A stretch of DNA of 37,274 nt from Nemertoderma westbladi. Its lineage: Eukaryota > Animalia > Xenacoelomorpha. Below the pieces are notes generated by a model. The model searched no databases. It saw only the letters and a list, made by a program, of their open reading frames with translations, and was not told where the DNA came from. This document shows positions 35,624 through 37,274 of the stretch, piece by piece. The stretch covers positions 1-37,274 of the forward strand of contig JAUCBJ010002033.1 of assembly GCA_032718475.1 (NCBI GenBank), written 5' to 3'. Position 1 is the stretch's first letter; every line of letters begins with the position of its first letter. The translations under genes and the position numbers were made by a program.

Positions 35624-37274
35624 GCAGTCACCAGTCAGTCTGTGTTTGTGTTATTGACTCTCTGACTCTCATTCTCACCTCATGTATTAGGATATATTGC
35701 TGTATTGGCTGATTGGTTATAGAACTTAGAATATGCCACTATCTGACTATTGCACTACTGGTATAAGTATAACCTGTAACCTGGCCCTACCCCTTTGCCT
35801 TTTTTCTATGCCTAACATTAACATTTCAGGATCTAAGGAACTGAGGAATGACCATACTGCCATAGACAGATAGAAGGACTTAATGACGCAGAACCATATA
35901 ATCCATATTCAACTGTTCAATGAGTTAGTTAAGTTGCCAAATATGGCAACAACGGCTTTATATAGTTGCCAAATCAGGCAATCAGAAATGTTGCCAGATT
36001 TTGCTTGGTTGCCAAATATGGCAATCACAATCATTGCCAGATTTGGCCATTGTACCTAACTGGTAGTGTACTTGCAGACTGGTGGACGTTGACGTACAGC
36101 GTACAGGTGACAGGTACGGTATGTGCAGATGTCAGTTAGTCAGTGTGCGTACGTACCGTCCGTATCCTCCTGGTATCTGGTCTGCTGGCAGGCTGGTATC
36201 CACGTATCTCTGTATCTATAGGCCTACATTACATTGCTGCATTGAGCGATTTCACATACGCCTATCTGCCTATGCATACGGTACGCGTAGGCGAATACCG
36301 TTTCCTGATTGGTCCAGACTGCCAGATGATTATTGTCAAGTCAACAGCGCTGCAGCGTCTCTGTCTGTCTGTAGCTGTAGGCCTATTATTACATTATTAC
36401 AGTACCTTCTGACCACTGAGCACTGACTGACTGACCGTGGTGTTTTGCATTACAGCATTAGTCTGTCAGTCCGTCAGGCAGTACTGCAGTAGGCCTATAA
36501 TTGGTGTACACTGTCTGACTGTAGCCTGTACAGCTGTAGTCAGGTTCAGGTAGTGTCAGTCGGTACGTGTCATTGTTGGCTGCCGCGCCCATTGCCTTAG
36601 TAAGGGCCCTCTTACTTTGTTTCATTATTAAATTAAATATATATATTTTCTAGAATGAATATTTATGACACCGGGCAGATAACGGTCGTTAATAGCATTG
36701 TTGTTCCAGGCCCTAAGTTAGAATTTACTGCCCATTCCGAAAGAGGTGACTATTATGACTGTTTATACAGTATATTGAAAGAGAGTCGAAGAAACTACAG
36801 TAGTAACAGAAGGCAATAATTCGGTGAAGATGTTGAGTTGATGTGCGTATCCATATACAATCTATCGTTGGTAATAACATTTTTCGTGCTGTCAACATAA
36901 GGCGTAAGGGGTTTCAACACATAAATTACATACAGTAGTAGGCCTACAGTATATTAAAAGCTTGGCTCCGGCTTATTTTTCGCCACCTCTGGCCTGCGCG
37001 TGCCCATAGGTTGACTAGCCCTCCCGCACCCACCCCCCCCCCCCCCCCCCCCCCCCCCCTACGCAACGCCACTGCCACTGGGGAATAGTATTCAAAATCG
37101 TATCGGTGATGTGTTTCCAGTTGTTTCGGCTTTTTAGCATATTAAACTGTAAATACCGGTCCCATGGGCTCTGTGTCGAATCTAATTTAACTGAGGCCTA
37201 AGGATTTTGCATGACATTTCTCTCGTGTCCCATCTGGACCAATCAGGAAATAGTATTCGACTACGCGTATGCAT

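Noticed and set aside
11029-37039. Long poly-G/poly-C runs (near 11030, 14575, 15062, 15110, 19150, 23785, 37015) as G-quadruplex elements
   Set aside because: Simple homopolymers with unreliable length and no supporting context.

Overview
Repeat-rich eukaryotic (metazoan, probably invertebrate; taxon not determinable) genomic window. It holds one intact host gene, an intronless SRRM1/SRm160-like PWI-domain RS protein at 26243-29272 (-), among nested mobile elements. (1) An apparently full-length but frameshifted APE-RT LINE (2595-10375) has a long ORF1 with a Cys cluster, about 25 SPxR decapeptide repeats and a Ulp1/SENP-like C48 protease; it sits in the right arm of a palindromic foldback-like element. 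(2) The 3' half of a BEL/Pao LTR retrotransposon. (3) Two head-to-tail copies (410 bp period) of a non-coding unit made of a tRNA-derived Pol III head fused to a minimal type I hammerhead ribozyme, plus an inverted partial arm. The second copy is split by an RTE LINE, which itself carries a TIR element and an antisense copy of its own family. (4) Several MITE-like TIR elements and satellites. The best candidates for an undescribed system are the tRNA-hammerhead unit and the Ulp1-bearing LINE. All calls come from reading the sequence by eye; no database searches were run.
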